This document shows positions 47,352 to 56,403 of a stretch of 64,000 nucleotides of DNA, piece after piece. The position numbers and the translations under genes are program-made. The stretch spans positions 41,817-105,816 of the forward strand of contig JAHISJ010000006.1 of NCBI GenBank assembly GCA_018818205.1. The letters are read 5' to 3'. The DNA is from Patescibacteria group bacterium (GTDB taxonomy: Bacteria > Patescibacteriota > JABMPQ01 > JAHIRA01). Positions within the stretch are counted from its first letter, which is position 1, and each line of letters starts with the position of its first letter. The notes under the pieces were generated by a model. The model saw only the letters and a program-made list of their open reading frames with translations, made no database searches and had not been told where the DNA came from.

Positions 47352-47969
47352 ATGGCTAAACTTAACGTCAATCCGACTCGCATGGAGCTTCTTAAGCTCA
47401 AAAAGCGAGCTAAGACAGCAACAAGGGGGCATAAGCTTCTCAAAGAAAAACGTGATGGGCTCATGAAGAGCTTCATGTCGATTATTAGAGAAGCAAAAGA
47501 TCTTCGCTCTACAGTTGAGCGTGATCTTGGCGAGGCGTTTAAGAATTTTATGTTTGCATCGGCATCAATGAAAACCGAGGCGCTTAACGAGTCGCTTGCT
47601 GTTCCTAGTCAAAAAATGAAACTTGAAGCGTCGACTAAGAACGTTATGAGTGTTAATATCCCTGAGTTTAAGTCGTCAGTTGAGGGTGATTTTGTGTGTT
47701 ACAGTTTAGCTTCTACAAGTGTAGAGCTTGATGGTTCGCTCAAAACATTTTCTCATGTGTTAAGTGATATTATTAGACTTGCCGAAATAGAGCACTCTGC
47801 GTATCTTTTGGCGTGTGAAATCGAAAAAACAAGAAGACGGGTAAATGCGCTTGAACATGTTATGATCCCGAATATGGAAGAAACGGTGAAGTATATCACC
47901 ATGAAGCTTTCTGAGCAAGAACGAGCAGCTATTACGAGCATTATGGCCATCAAAGATAGACTTGGTTAG
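47352..47969 (+). CDS. ntpD: A/V-type ATPase subunit D
   Basis: 205 aa; MAKLNVNPTRMELLKLKKR canonical subunit D N-terminus. Confidence 0.85.
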   Translation: MAKLNVNPTRMELLKLKKRAKTATRGHKLLKEKRDGLMKSFMSIIREAKDLRSTVERDLGEAFKNFMFASASMKTEALNESLAVPSQKMKLEASTKNVMSVNIPEFKSSVEGDFVCYSLASTSVELDGSLKTFSHVLSDIIRLAEIEHSAYLLACEIEKTRRRVNALEHVMIPNMEETVKYITMKLSEQERAAITSIMAIKDRLG

Positions 47970-48007
47970 TAGCCAGCGCTTTTTAGCTACTATCTAACTA
48001 ATAACAA

Positions 48008-48472
48008 ATGACAACATATACGTGTGAATATTGTGAACGCAAGAAAGCTGAGGCTCTTGCGATTTTTTGTATGGATTATCGGTTTCACGATGCACTCCAT
48101 GATTACATAAAAAATACTCTGGGCATTAAGCATTATGATCGCGTTGCTGTTGCCGGAGCAGGGAAGAGCTTGCTCGAGACGCATCATCACCCCGATTATA
48201 TCGTTCTTAAAAAGCAGATAGATCTTTCCGCAAAGTTACATGATATACAGAAGGTGATTATTGTACATCATACTGATTGTGGGGCGTACGGTGGTGTAAA
48301 GGCATTTGAGGACACGGAGCATGAAAAGACAAAGCATTTGCATGATATGAATAACATTGCAAAAGTCATACAAGAAGAAATACTTCCGGGCATTGAGATT
48401 ATTCAGGTTTTTCTCAATCTAAATGTTGAAGGAAATAATAAAAAAATTCGAGCTGAAGTGATTTCAAAATAA
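48008..48472 (+). CDS. beta-carbonic-anhydrase-like protein (CxDxR ... HxxCG)
   Basis: 154 aa; CMDYRF and HHTDCGAYGG motifs match the beta-CA zinc-ligand signature; shorter than canonical beta-CA. Confidence 0.45.
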   Translation: MTTYTCEYCERKKAEALAIFCMDYRFHDALHDYIKNTLGIKHYDRVAVAGAGKSLLETHHHPDYIVLKKQIDLSAKLHDIQKVIIVHHTDCGAYGGVKAFEDTEHEKTKHLHDMNNIAKVIQEEILPGIEIIQVFLNLNVEGNNKKIRAEVISK

Positions 48473-49155
48473 TGTCTACATTAAGATCAGTACTCAATTT
48501 TTTTGGGTTTTCTGTCTGTCATCAGATTCCCAGTAAAACATATTCGGCATTTGGTGTGCCGATTTGTTTTTGTGCTCGGTGTCTGGGCATATACACTGCG
48601 TTTTTTTTAGTCTTTACCTATTACTTCGGCATTAAAAGAGCCATTTTAGGAAAACACGCAAACAACGCACTACCGAGAGGGTACTATCTTTTTTCATTTG
48701 GGCTTGTTGTGCTTATGCCTCTTGATGTGTTGTTTCAAGCCATCGGATTGTACCATAGCAATACAATGAGACTTATAACGGGGCTTCTTTTTGGCTTTGG
48801 TATGGCCCAAATTATCCTGATGCTGTATGTGGATATTTTTAGGAGTGGTACAAAAAAAGTCAGGCAAGCTATTTTCAGTAGGTTAGAATTTTTGATTCAA
48901 CTGATTAGTATCGTTTTCATTGCCTGTATCATTCTTTTCCAAAACGATTATATTCTTTTTGGAACAAGTATTTTAGCTGTTTTGGGTCTTGTAATGCTGG
49001 GGATTGTTGTTCATCTTATTGCTTTTGCTATTTTCTCTGAATTCATACTAAAAAAGAAAATAACACGGGTATCCGTGCCACTTTTTATTCTTGCAGTAGT
49101 GTTTGTGATGGGTGAATTAGCCTTTTTGTATTTCCTGCACAAAACATTAGTCTAA
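48472..49155 (+). CDS. DUF2085-family membrane protein
   Basis: 227 aa; N-terminal CHQIPSKTYS...CARCLGIY motif typical of DUF2085, 5-6 TM. Confidence 0.55.
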   Translation: MSTLRSVLNFFGFSVCHQIPSKTYSAFGVPICFCARCLGIYTAFFLVFTYYFGIKRAILGKHANNALPRGYYLFSFGLVVLMPLDVLFQAIGLYHSNTMRLITGLLFGFGMAQIILMLYVDIFRSGTKKVRQAIFSRLEFLIQLISIVFIACIILFQNDYILFGTSILAVLGLVMLGIVVHLIAFAIFSEFILKKKITRVSVPLFILAVVFVMGELAFLYFLHKTLV

Positions 49156-49202
49156 ATACAAAACAAAAAGAGCAAAATTGTTTTACTCTTTTTGTTTTTG
49201 TT

Positions 49203-49544
49203 TTAGTACGTGTATGTGTTTGTAGTAACAGCATCACCAAAAAATGATAGACCGCCACCAAAAAGAACCATTACGAGCCAGCAAATACACGGGATAAGTG
49301 CAAAGATAATACCGACGGTAAGACAAATCTTACCAAACTTCTTTACCTCTTCACCTTCCTTGGTCATGTAAACGATACCTAAAATGATACCAACGAGAGG
49401 AATAACAGCTGAGAGGATATAGAACAGCCAAGTAGGATTCGGTGGTTTCGCAGGACCTTGTGGCGCTTTCTCAGTGCTTTGCGTAGGTTTTTGTTCCTCG
49501 GTTGGTTGTGTTTGTGTTGGTTGTGTTTCTTCCATTAGACTCAC
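49203..49544 (-). CDS. small membrane protein with T/Q/P-rich N-terminus
   Basis: 113 aa; 3 TM helices; TQPTQTQPTEEQKPTQ low-complexity head. Confidence 0.4.
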   Translation of the reverse strand: MSLMEETQPTQTQPTEEQKPTQSTEKAPQGPAKPPNPTWLFYILSAVIPLVGIILGIVYMTKEGEEVKKFGKICLTVGIIFALIPCICWLVMVLFGGGLSFFGDAVTTNTYTY

Positions 49545-49706
49545 CCCCTTTCAAAAAGGTTTTTTGTTTTTAATATGCCTATGTACTATTATAGCACATT
49601 TTTTAAAATTTTTAAAGTGTTTTTACAAAAACATGTGCAGAAGCAAATAGTTCTTTTTGCTACATGAATAATGTGATATACTTTTTGTGTTAATATATTT
49701 TAAACT

Positions 49707-50780
49707 ATGACAAAAAAACAATCATTTTTAACTCGTCTTAAAAGTGACCGGAAGACGCAAATAACGGTTTTTGTTGTTTGTCTTCTTGTTGTCTTTCTCA
49801 TTGTTGTTGTTGCGTATTTTGTGCGAAGGGATAGTGAAGAGACAGGTAAGATTGATGTTGAAGAGAAAGATACATTAGGTCTTATCTCTAGACACCTGGA
49901 TGGTGTACTAGTTGACGTAGAACATGCTAACCCATATCCTGAAGCAGTAATGATAGAAAACTTAAAAAGCGTGCGTCCTCAATCAGGTTTATCTGAGGCC
50001 GGAGTGGTGTATGAGGCATTGGCGGAAGGAGGTATCACTCGGTTTATGGCGATGTATGCAGGAGGTACATCAGATGTTATTGGCCCAGTGAGAAGTGCAC
50101 GGCCGTATTTTGTGGATTTAGCATCAGAGTATAACGCACTGTATGTGCATGCTGGCGGTAGCCCCGAATCTCTTTTAAAAATTCCTGGTTCAGATATCTA
50201 TAGTATCAATCAAATAGGTGGTGATCATGCGTATTATTGGAGGGATAAGAGCTTAAAGGCACCTCACAATCTGTTTACTAAATCCGAGCTTTTAGAATAT
50301 GCATTGAGAGATAAAAACCTGCTTGATAAAAAGCCGGAGTATCAGACATGGACGTTTGAAGATGAAGCTAGTTTAACCGCAAGGCCAGAGGGAGAAAAGG
50401 AGATGACTATTCCATTTTCTTCTGAGGCGTATGAAGTAGTATATATGTATGATCGAGATAAAAACGTGTATAAGCGATTCAATGGTGGCAATCCGCATGT
50501 AGACGCAACAACTGGTGAACAGCTTGAGGCAAAAAATGTGATAGTGCAGTATGCAGAAAAGAAAGTGGTTGACGATGAGGGAAGGCTTGAAGTTGAAGTC
50601 ATAGGAGAGGGTGATGCACTGTATGCTAAAAATGGAGAGGTTGCACAGGGAACTTGGAAAAAGGAAAATACAAATGCGAGAACAGAGTTTCTTGATGAAG
50701 ATGGTAACCCTGTCGCATTTGCGCGAGGGCAACTGTGGATAGAAATTGTTCCAACGGACAAGGAAGTTATCTATAATTAG
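49707..50780 (+). CDS. DUF3048 (YerB-like) domain protein, signal-anchored, paralog 1
   Basis: 357 aa; N-terminal TM; MIENLKSVRPQSGLSEAGVVYEALAEGGITRFMAMY...GPVRSARPYF motifs of DUF3048. Confidence 0.6.
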   Translation: MTKKQSFLTRLKSDRKTQITVFVVCLLVVFLIVVVAYFVRRDSEETGKIDVEEKDTLGLISRHLDGVLVDVEHANPYPEAVMIENLKSVRPQSGLSEAGVVYEALAEGGITRFMAMYAGGTSDVIGPVRSARPYFVDLASEYNALYVHAGGSPESLLKIPGSDIYSINQIGGDHAYYWRDKSLKAPHNLFTKSELLEYALRDKNLLDKKPEYQTWTFEDEASLTARPEGEKEMTIPFSSEAYEVVYMYDRDKNVYKRFNGGNPHVDATTGEQLEAKNVIVQYAEKKVVDDEGRLEVEVIGEGDALYAKNGEVAQGTWKKENTNARTEFLDEDGNPVAFARGQLWIEIVPTDKEVIYN

Positions 50781-50805
50781 ACAGTAACGTAATACAAAAA
50801 TTATT

Positions 50806-52041
50806 ATGGCAGCAGATACAATCGATTTATCACAAGGAAAAAAGTCAGGGAAGAAGCCTGTTTCCTCGTCTTCAAACCCTATGACTCAAAGAAAGTCTGA
50901 TGGTCCGTCACCAAAAATGACCAATGGAAAACCTGGTGGCAAGCAGGGTTTTTTTGCACGCGCAAAAGAAACGATAAAGAATAATCGAGCGCTTCAAGTT
51001 GTTCTCATATTTGTCGGCATCTTTTTGATTGCTGGCCTTACCTACGCTGCTCAGCAACTGTTCTTTAACAATAAGCCATTAGATGTAGTAGAGATAGAGG
51101 AAGAAAAGATAGAAGCAGTAGTAGATATGGGTAATCCACTTGAGAGAAGAACTGATGGAGTTTTGGTTGATAGTGAGTTGGAGGCGAATAAGTATCCAGT
51201 TGCGATTATGATTGAGAACTTATCATCAGTCAGGCCGCAATCCGGACTCTCCGTTGCAAACATAGTGTATGAAACTCTTGCTGAAGGGGGTATTACACGA
51301 TTTATGGCAATCTTTGCGGGTGATGCTGCAAAAGAAATACATCCCGTGAGAAGTGCACGGCCATACTATTTAGAATGGGTTCAGGAGTACAAAGCGCTAT
51401 ACGGACATGCCGGTGGGTCACCACAAGCGCTGGAAGCTATTTCTGGCTTAGGTGTCCATGATTTGAATGCATTGTCTAACGACGGGAAATATTTTTGGCG
51501 AGGACCTGGAAGTGCGCCACATAACTTGTATACTTCTACAACCCTTATAGAGCGCGCAGTGCGTGATAAAGGTCTTTTGGAAGAGGAAGCTGACTTTGAG
51601 CCTTGGCTCTTTGCTGATGCTAAATCTTCATCTGATAGGCCAGATGAAGAAAAACGCATTGAACTTGATTTCTCAAATGGCAATTACAATGTGAGGTATA
51701 CGTATGATCATGAAAATAACTGCTACAAACGATATCATGTAGCAACTGAGCATATTGATAGGGAAGACGGTGAGCAGCTTTGCCCAACTAATGTTGTAGT
51801 TCAGATAGTCCCTCCGGAGATTTCTGCGGGTGAAAAAGGAAGAATTGCACTCGATGTTACTGGCGAAGGAGATGTAATTGTGTTTAACAATGGTGAAGTA
51901 GCAAAAGGAACCTGGAAGAAGGAAGACAGAGATGCACGGACAAAGTTTCTTGATGAAGAAGGAAACGAGATTCCGCTTGCACGAGGGCAGGTATGGATAG
52001 AGGTTATTCCTAATGACAAGCGTGTTGTGTATGATGAGTAA
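50806..52041 (+). CDS. DUF3048 (YerB-like) domain protein, signal-anchored, paralog 2
   Basis: 411 aa; same motifs (MIENLSSVRPQSGLSVANIVYETLAEGGITRFMAIF...HPVRSARPYY) with longer basic N-terminus. Confidence 0.6.
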   Translation: MAADTIDLSQGKKSGKKPVSSSSNPMTQRKSDGPSPKMTNGKPGGKQGFFARAKETIKNNRALQVVLIFVGIFLIAGLTYAAQQLFFNNKPLDVVEIEEEKIEAVVDMGNPLERRTDGVLVDSELEANKYPVAIMIENLSSVRPQSGLSVANIVYETLAEGGITRFMAIFAGDAAKEIHPVRSARPYYLEWVQEYKALYGHAGGSPQALEAISGLGVHDLNALSNDGKYFWRGPGSAPHNLYTSTTLIERAVRDKGLLEEEADFEPWLFADAKSSSDRPDEEKRIELDFSNGNYNVRYTYDHENNCYKRYHVATEHIDREDGEQLCPTNVVVQIVPPEISAGEKGRIALDVTGEGDVIVFNNGEVAKGTWKKEDRDARTKFLDEEGNEIPLARGQVWIEVIPNDKRVVYDE

Positions 52042-52070
52042 AGTTTGCTAAAGAAAACATAGACTGATTT

Positions 52071-52100
52071 AAACCCCAGGGCAGTACTCTGGGGTTTTTT
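52071..52100 (+). terminator. intrinsic terminator (CCCCAG-loop-CTGGGG + T6)
   Basis: perfect 6-bp GC stem and T-run 30 nt after stop at 52041. Confidence 0.75.
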
Positions 52101-52117
52101 GTGGGAAGTGAAGTCTC

Positions 52118-52146
52118 TTGACAAAATATCTATTTTATGTTATAGT
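52118..52146 (+). promoter_or_regulatory. near-consensus sigma70 promoter TTGACA-N17-TATAGT
   Basis: TTGACA 52118-52123, 17-nt spacer, TATAGT 52141-52146; AGGAGG RBS 52204-52209 and ATG 52214 downstream. Confidence 0.65.
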
Positions 52147-52213
52147 TTTTATGCTATTTTGCATCAACTGTATGCATGTAGCACGGCTTGGGCAAGTTTT
52201 GCTAGGAGGAATC

Positions 52214-52645
52214 ATGTATAAAAAAGTGAGTGTTTTTATTCTTGTTATTATTCTTGTTATTTTGGGTGTCTATATGTTGAAGTCTCTCGATGAATCGAAA
52301 GCGAAAGCTGATAAAAAGATTAAGCTGTGCTTGACATTGAAAGCGAAAGCTCGCGAAAGCAATGTTGTTCTCGCGAAGAGAGTAACGAAACTTGTTGAAA
52401 AATTATCTGTTGATGTTGTTACTGTACATGCGAGCGCGGTGCAAAACGCGCGCGTACAAATTAAAGAACGGAAGTTGTTATGCGAACGATATTCCACTTC
52501 TCCCTGTTCTGAGTGGGCGGCGACCGTGATTTCTGAGTACAAATTTCTTATTGAGATTTGTCAGAACCGCGGATTAAAACACTGCCCCTCAAAGAAAAGT
52601 TGGCGTAAATTGTGGCACCAGATCATTAAAGTAAACTGTAACTAA
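52214..52645 (+). CDS. hypothetical signal-anchored Cys-rich small protein
   Basis: 144 aa from ATG with AGGAGG RBS; N-terminal TM (VSVFILVIILVILGVYML); 8 Cys in C-terminal half. Confidence 0.45.
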   Translation: MYKKVSVFILVIILVILGVYMLKSLDESKAKADKKIKLCLTLKAKARESNVVLAKRVTKLVEKLSVDVVTVHASAVQNARVQIKERKLLCERYSTSPCSEWAATVISEYKFLIEICQNRGLKHCPSKKSWRKLWHQIIKVNCN

Positions 52646-52732
52646 AAAAGAAGCTTTGCCCAAGCCTCTTTTTTTTATGCTAAAAAATATGAATGCTGTA
52701 GCAGAATTTAGGATAGTAGGTACAAAAAGAAT

Positions 52733-53617
52733 TTATCTAACAATCGTTGCTGCAAGTCCAATCTTAATCTTCTTAGCATTTTTTCTTTTTGGTGAACTCA
52801 AAGCCTCAATAGGGGCTATTTTTGTTTTTGGATATTTTTTGGTAATTAGTTTTTTGAGTGCAGTATACTGATGTGGGTCGATTTCTAAAAAGAGGAGCAT
52901 TTTCTTGTCTATAAAAGGCTCAAGCGACTCTATAAGCTCTTCGTAAAAATAAAGTCCGTAATTTTTTGCAACCAATGCTTCTTTTGGTTCATAATGTATT
53001 TCTGGTTGTACATCAAGATATACATCTTCAGAAAGATAGGGAAGATTGGCAATGACGGTGTTAATCTTTAAGTCCTTGGGATATTTTTTGAGCAAGTCGC
53101 TTAAAAGAATCGTGACATTGGATACAGTATGTTTATCTAGATTTGCTTTTACGACGCTGAGTACTTTTTTAGAAATGTCAGATGCAATGATAGTGGTTTT
53201 TGGGAACAGTTTTCCCAGTGTCACTGCGATAGCTCCTGACCCAGTCCCCACATCAGCAATACAGTAGTGCTTTTTATTTTTAGTATCTTTTTTTATGACG
53301 TTTTTTGCGTACTCAATAATTGTTTCTGTTTCAGGACGGGGGATGAGCACATCTTGGCTCACAATAATTTTGAGTCCATAAAATTCTTTCTCACTAGTAA
53401 GATATGCAATGGGAATATGAATTTTTCGTTTTTTAATAAGTGAATCAAATCGACTTGCTTGTTTTTTGGTTAGTTTCCTTTTTGGATGAGCAAGGAGCTT
53501 TGTTCTGGGTGCATTGAGGGTGTGCATAAGTAATACTTCTGCATCAAGGGGAGCGGTCTTAATCCCTGCATCTTCCAACGTTTGTGTTCCTTTTTTTAAG
53601 GCGTCTTTGATGATCAT
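52733..53617 (-). CDS. prmC: release-factor glutamine N5-methyltransferase (PrmC/HemK)
   Basis: 294 aa; SAM motif I ADVGTGSGAIAV, catalytic (N/D)PPY-like VIANLPYL; downstream of prfA on same strand. Confidence 0.7.
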   Translation of the reverse strand: MIIKDALKKGTQTLEDAGIKTAPLDAEVLLMHTLNAPRTKLLAHPKRKLTKKQASRFDSLIKKRKIHIPIAYLTSEKEFYGLKIIVSQDVLIPRPETETIIEYAKNVIKKDTKNKKHYCIADVGTGSGAIAVTLGKLFPKTTIIASDISKKVLSVVKANLDKHTVSNVTILLSDLLKKYPKDLKINTVIANLPYLSEDVYLDVQPEIHYEPKEALVAKNYGLYFYEELIESLEPFIDKKMLLFLEIDPHQYTALKKLITKKYPKTKIAPIEALSSPKRKNAKKIKIGLAATIVR

Positions 53618-53638
53618 TTTTTTTCTTTAATAATATGT

Positions 53639-54892
53639 CTATCCTGTCCAATATGAGTTAACAAAGAGCATGATAATAATCACAGAGAGCATGATTGAGA
53701 GGATTAGATACAGACTTTTCCACGGCTCTTTGCGAGTAATTTTAGCAAGAAATATGAATGCGGGAAACAACACAACGGTGAACCTACCCATGCTGATGTA
53801 ACTTTGTGTCATGCTGGCCATAATGAGAGAAAAGAACATAAACACTCCATACGATTTTCTGAGTTTAAAGAAAATGACGATACTCAGGATAAAGAAAATA
53901 ACAAACGAAAGGAAATCAAATGCATTGGTAAAGTAGTATGCGGCAAATTCTTGTGAGTAGGTGACAAAGTCGTGTAAGTATGTGAAGAACGTTTTAATAA
54001 ACCCCGTGATTGATAAATCCGTAGACCTGCCCCATGCCTCTTGTGCTTTAGCAAAAAGGAGGGGATCGCCAAATTTTGCGTAGAGAAAATACATAAAAGC
54101 ACCAATGCCAAGAGGAGTGAGTCCGATCCATAGAATGTTTGGCTTAATACTTTTAACCCTAAATTCTCGTTGTTCAAAATACTCAACGAGTAATACCAAG
54201 ATAAGGATTATTCCTGTGGGACGAGTGGCTGTTGCCAGTGCTGCAAACGTACCCGCAAAAAACCATTTGTCTTTTCTGGCAAAGTAGAGTGATGCAAGTA
54301 CTGTAAGAAGAAAAAGGGATTCGGTGTAGACGCATACTAAGAAGAACGCGTAGGGGAATATGAGGAGGTAAAGTACGCTACGATAGGCAAGTGATGATTT
54401 TGTGAGATCCTTTTTGGCAAGGAAATACAAAATAATACAGGCAAAAAAGAGTGCAGCAGTTGAGATAAGCATGCCCGCAATAAGATGGTTGCCACCAAGG
54501 AGATTCCCAATATATCGCATAAGAAGCGGGTAGAGGGGAAAGAATACGATATTAGATGGCTCTGCGGAGCCGCTAACATAGTATCCATTTTCTGCAATAG
54601 ATAAATACCATCCTGAATCCCATCTGGCAAAGAGGTTTAAAATGCCAGAAAGAGCTGGTTTCCATGGACTTTCTGGAACCCACGGATATGCGGTGTCTTT
54701 GGAAAGATTAAATCGATTTGCAGCAATGAAACCGATGATCCAGACAATGATGCGCCAACCCAAAAAAAGACCGGTAACCACAAGAAGTTCTTTTTTGTGG
54801 TGAACAAGTCTTTTGCGAAAAGAGCTCAGCGCTCGTTTAATTTTTGTTGGGATGGGCATGTTCAAGCTTTTGTTTTTGATCTTCCTCAGCAA
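53639..54892 (-). CDS. polytopic membrane protein, GT-C-like (mannosyl/glycosyltransferase-like fold)
   Basis: 417 aa, >=9 TM; start likely internal Met (MPIPTK...) overlapping prfA stop. Confidence 0.4.
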   Translation of the reverse strand: MLRKIKNKSLNMPIPTKIKRALSSFRKRLVHHKKELLVVTGLFLGWRIIVWIIGFIAANRFNLSKDTAYPWVPESPWKPALSGILNLFARWDSGWYLSIAENGYYVSGSAEPSNIVFFPLYPLLMRYIGNLLGGNHLIAGMLISTAALFFACIILYFLAKKDLTKSSLAYRSVLYLLIFPYAFFLVCVYTESLFLLTVLASLYFARKDKWFFAGTFAALATATRPTGIILILVLLVEYFEQREFRVKSIKPNILWIGLTPLGIGAFMYFLYAKFGDPLLFAKAQEAWGRSTDLSITGFIKTFFTYLHDFVTYSQEFAAYYFTNAFDFLSFVIFFILSIVIFFKLRKSYGVFMFFSLIMASMTQSYISMGRFTVVLFPAFIFLAKITRKEPWKSLYLILSIMLSVIIIMLFVNSYWTG

Positions 54893-55916
54893 GTTTCTCT
54901 GTTATTCTTTCTATATTGCCATCTAAGAAATCTGGGAGGTTTTTTTGTGTTTCGGTGATCCGGTGGTCAGTTACGCGATCTTGGGGAAAGTTATATGTTC
55001 TAATTTTTTCACTTCTGTCTCCAGAACCTACTTGAATTTTTCTTTCAGTTCCGCGTTTATTTGCCTCTGCTTCACGTTTTGCTGCAAGAAGTCTTGTTCT
55101 TAAAACCTTCATTGCTTTCATCTTGTTTTTAAGCTGAGATCTCTCGTCCTGACAGATAACAACGGTATCTGTGGGGATATGTACAATGCGTACGGCTGAA
55201 TAGGTAGTGTTTACACTTTGTCCACCGTGACCGGAAGCGCAGAACGTGTCGATCCGTAAGTCTTTTGGCTCTATTTTTAGATCAACTTCTTCAGCTTCGG
55301 GGAGTACTGCAACTGTTATTGTTGAGGTATGAATACGTCCCGACTTTTCTGTCTCGGGGACTCGTTGTACTCTATGTACTCCGCTTTCGTATTTTAGGTG
55401 TTTATATACGTTTTTACCTTTCACTGAAAAGATAATTTCTTTATAGCCACCAATACCACTTCTGTTTGAGTTTAAAATTTCGACTTTGTATCCTTTTTTC
55501 TCTCCGTAACGCTCATACATTCTAAAAAGATCTGCGGCAAAAAGACCTGCTTCATCACCACCTGCTCCTGCACGAATTTCAATAATAATATCTTTTGAGT
55601 CGCTTGAATCTTTTGGGATGAGGGCAACCTTAATTTCTTCTTCGAGTTTTTCTTTTTCGCTTGATAGAGTAGAGAGTTCTTCCTCAGCAAGAGAGAGGAG
55701 CTCTTTGTCACTTTCTTCAGCAAGTAAGTCTTTTGCTTCCCTAATATTAGTTACTGTAGTTATGTAGCGGAGTGCGAGGTCATGCATTTCTTCAAGCTCA
55801 GAGAGTCTAATAGAAAGGTCTTTATATTTTTTTGGATCAGAAGAAACACTCGGGTCAGAGAGTTTTGTATTAAGTGAGTCGTATTCTTCTATGACTTTTT
55901 TAAGCTTTTCTTCCAT
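54837..55916 (-). CDS. prfA: peptide chain release factor 1
   Basis: 359 aa; GGQ motif ([11 protein letters not shown]), PxT-type anticodon mimic region consistent with RF1. Confidence 0.9.
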   Translation of the reverse strand: MEEKLKKVIEEYDSLNTKLSDPSVSSDPKKYKDLSIRLSELEEMHDLALRYITTVTNIREAKDLLAEESDKELLSLAEEELSTLSSEKEKLEEEIKVALIPKDSSDSKDIIIEIRAGAGGDEAGLFAADLFRMYERYGEKKGYKVEILNSNRSGIGGYKEIIFSVKGKNVYKHLKYESGVHRVQRVPETEKSGRIHTSTITVAVLPEAEEVDLKIEPKDLRIDTFCASGHGGQSVNTTYSAVRIVHIPTDTVVICQDERSQLKNKMKAMKVLRTRLLAAKREAEANKRGTERKIQVGSGDRSEKIRTYNFPQDRVTDHRITETQKNLPDFLDGNIERITEKLAEEDQKQKLEHAHPNKN

Positions 55917-56038
55917 AGTTTTTCTTATCTAACAACAAAATTGTACCGCGGGGAAGGTGAAATGAAAAGAGCTTCTAGACTTACGTGTACAAAAAAGAAC
56001 AAGCGTGAACTTGTTCTTTGTAATACAAAATTGCGAAG

Positions 56039-56341
56039 CTATTTAACCTTGAGCTCGCTTAGATCTTTTTTAAGGCTTTTTTCCTGCTTCTTTGAAACTT
56101 TTTTACCTGCTGTTGGCTTTTTTAGCGATGCTTTAAGGGATTTGGTCTTCTTCATGCGTTCCTTAAACTTATCTACCATTCCTGCAGTATCAACGAGTTT
56201 TTGCTTACCTGTGTAGAAAGGATGACACATTGAGCAGATTTCAACGGGAATCTTTTCTTCTGTTGAACCTACCTCAAACGTGTTTCCGCATGCGCAGGTT
56301 ACGGTTGCCTTATAGTACTTTGGGTGAATGTTTTTCTTCAT
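56039..56341 (-). CDS. rpmE: 50S ribosomal protein L31 (with K-rich C-terminal extension)
   Basis: [10 protein letters not shown]...CxxC...[13 protein letters not shown] zinc-ribbon L31. Confidence 0.85.
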   Translation of the reverse strand: MKKNIHPKYYKATVTCACGNTFEVGSTEEKIPVEICSMCHPFYTGKQKLVDTAGMVDKFKERMKKTKSLKASLKKPTAGKKVSKKQEKSLKKDLSELKVK

Positions 56342-56403
56342 ACGTTTTAAAAAATGGATATAGACCTATTATATAGAAGTTCTAGCGTTTGACAAGGGAA
56401 TAA

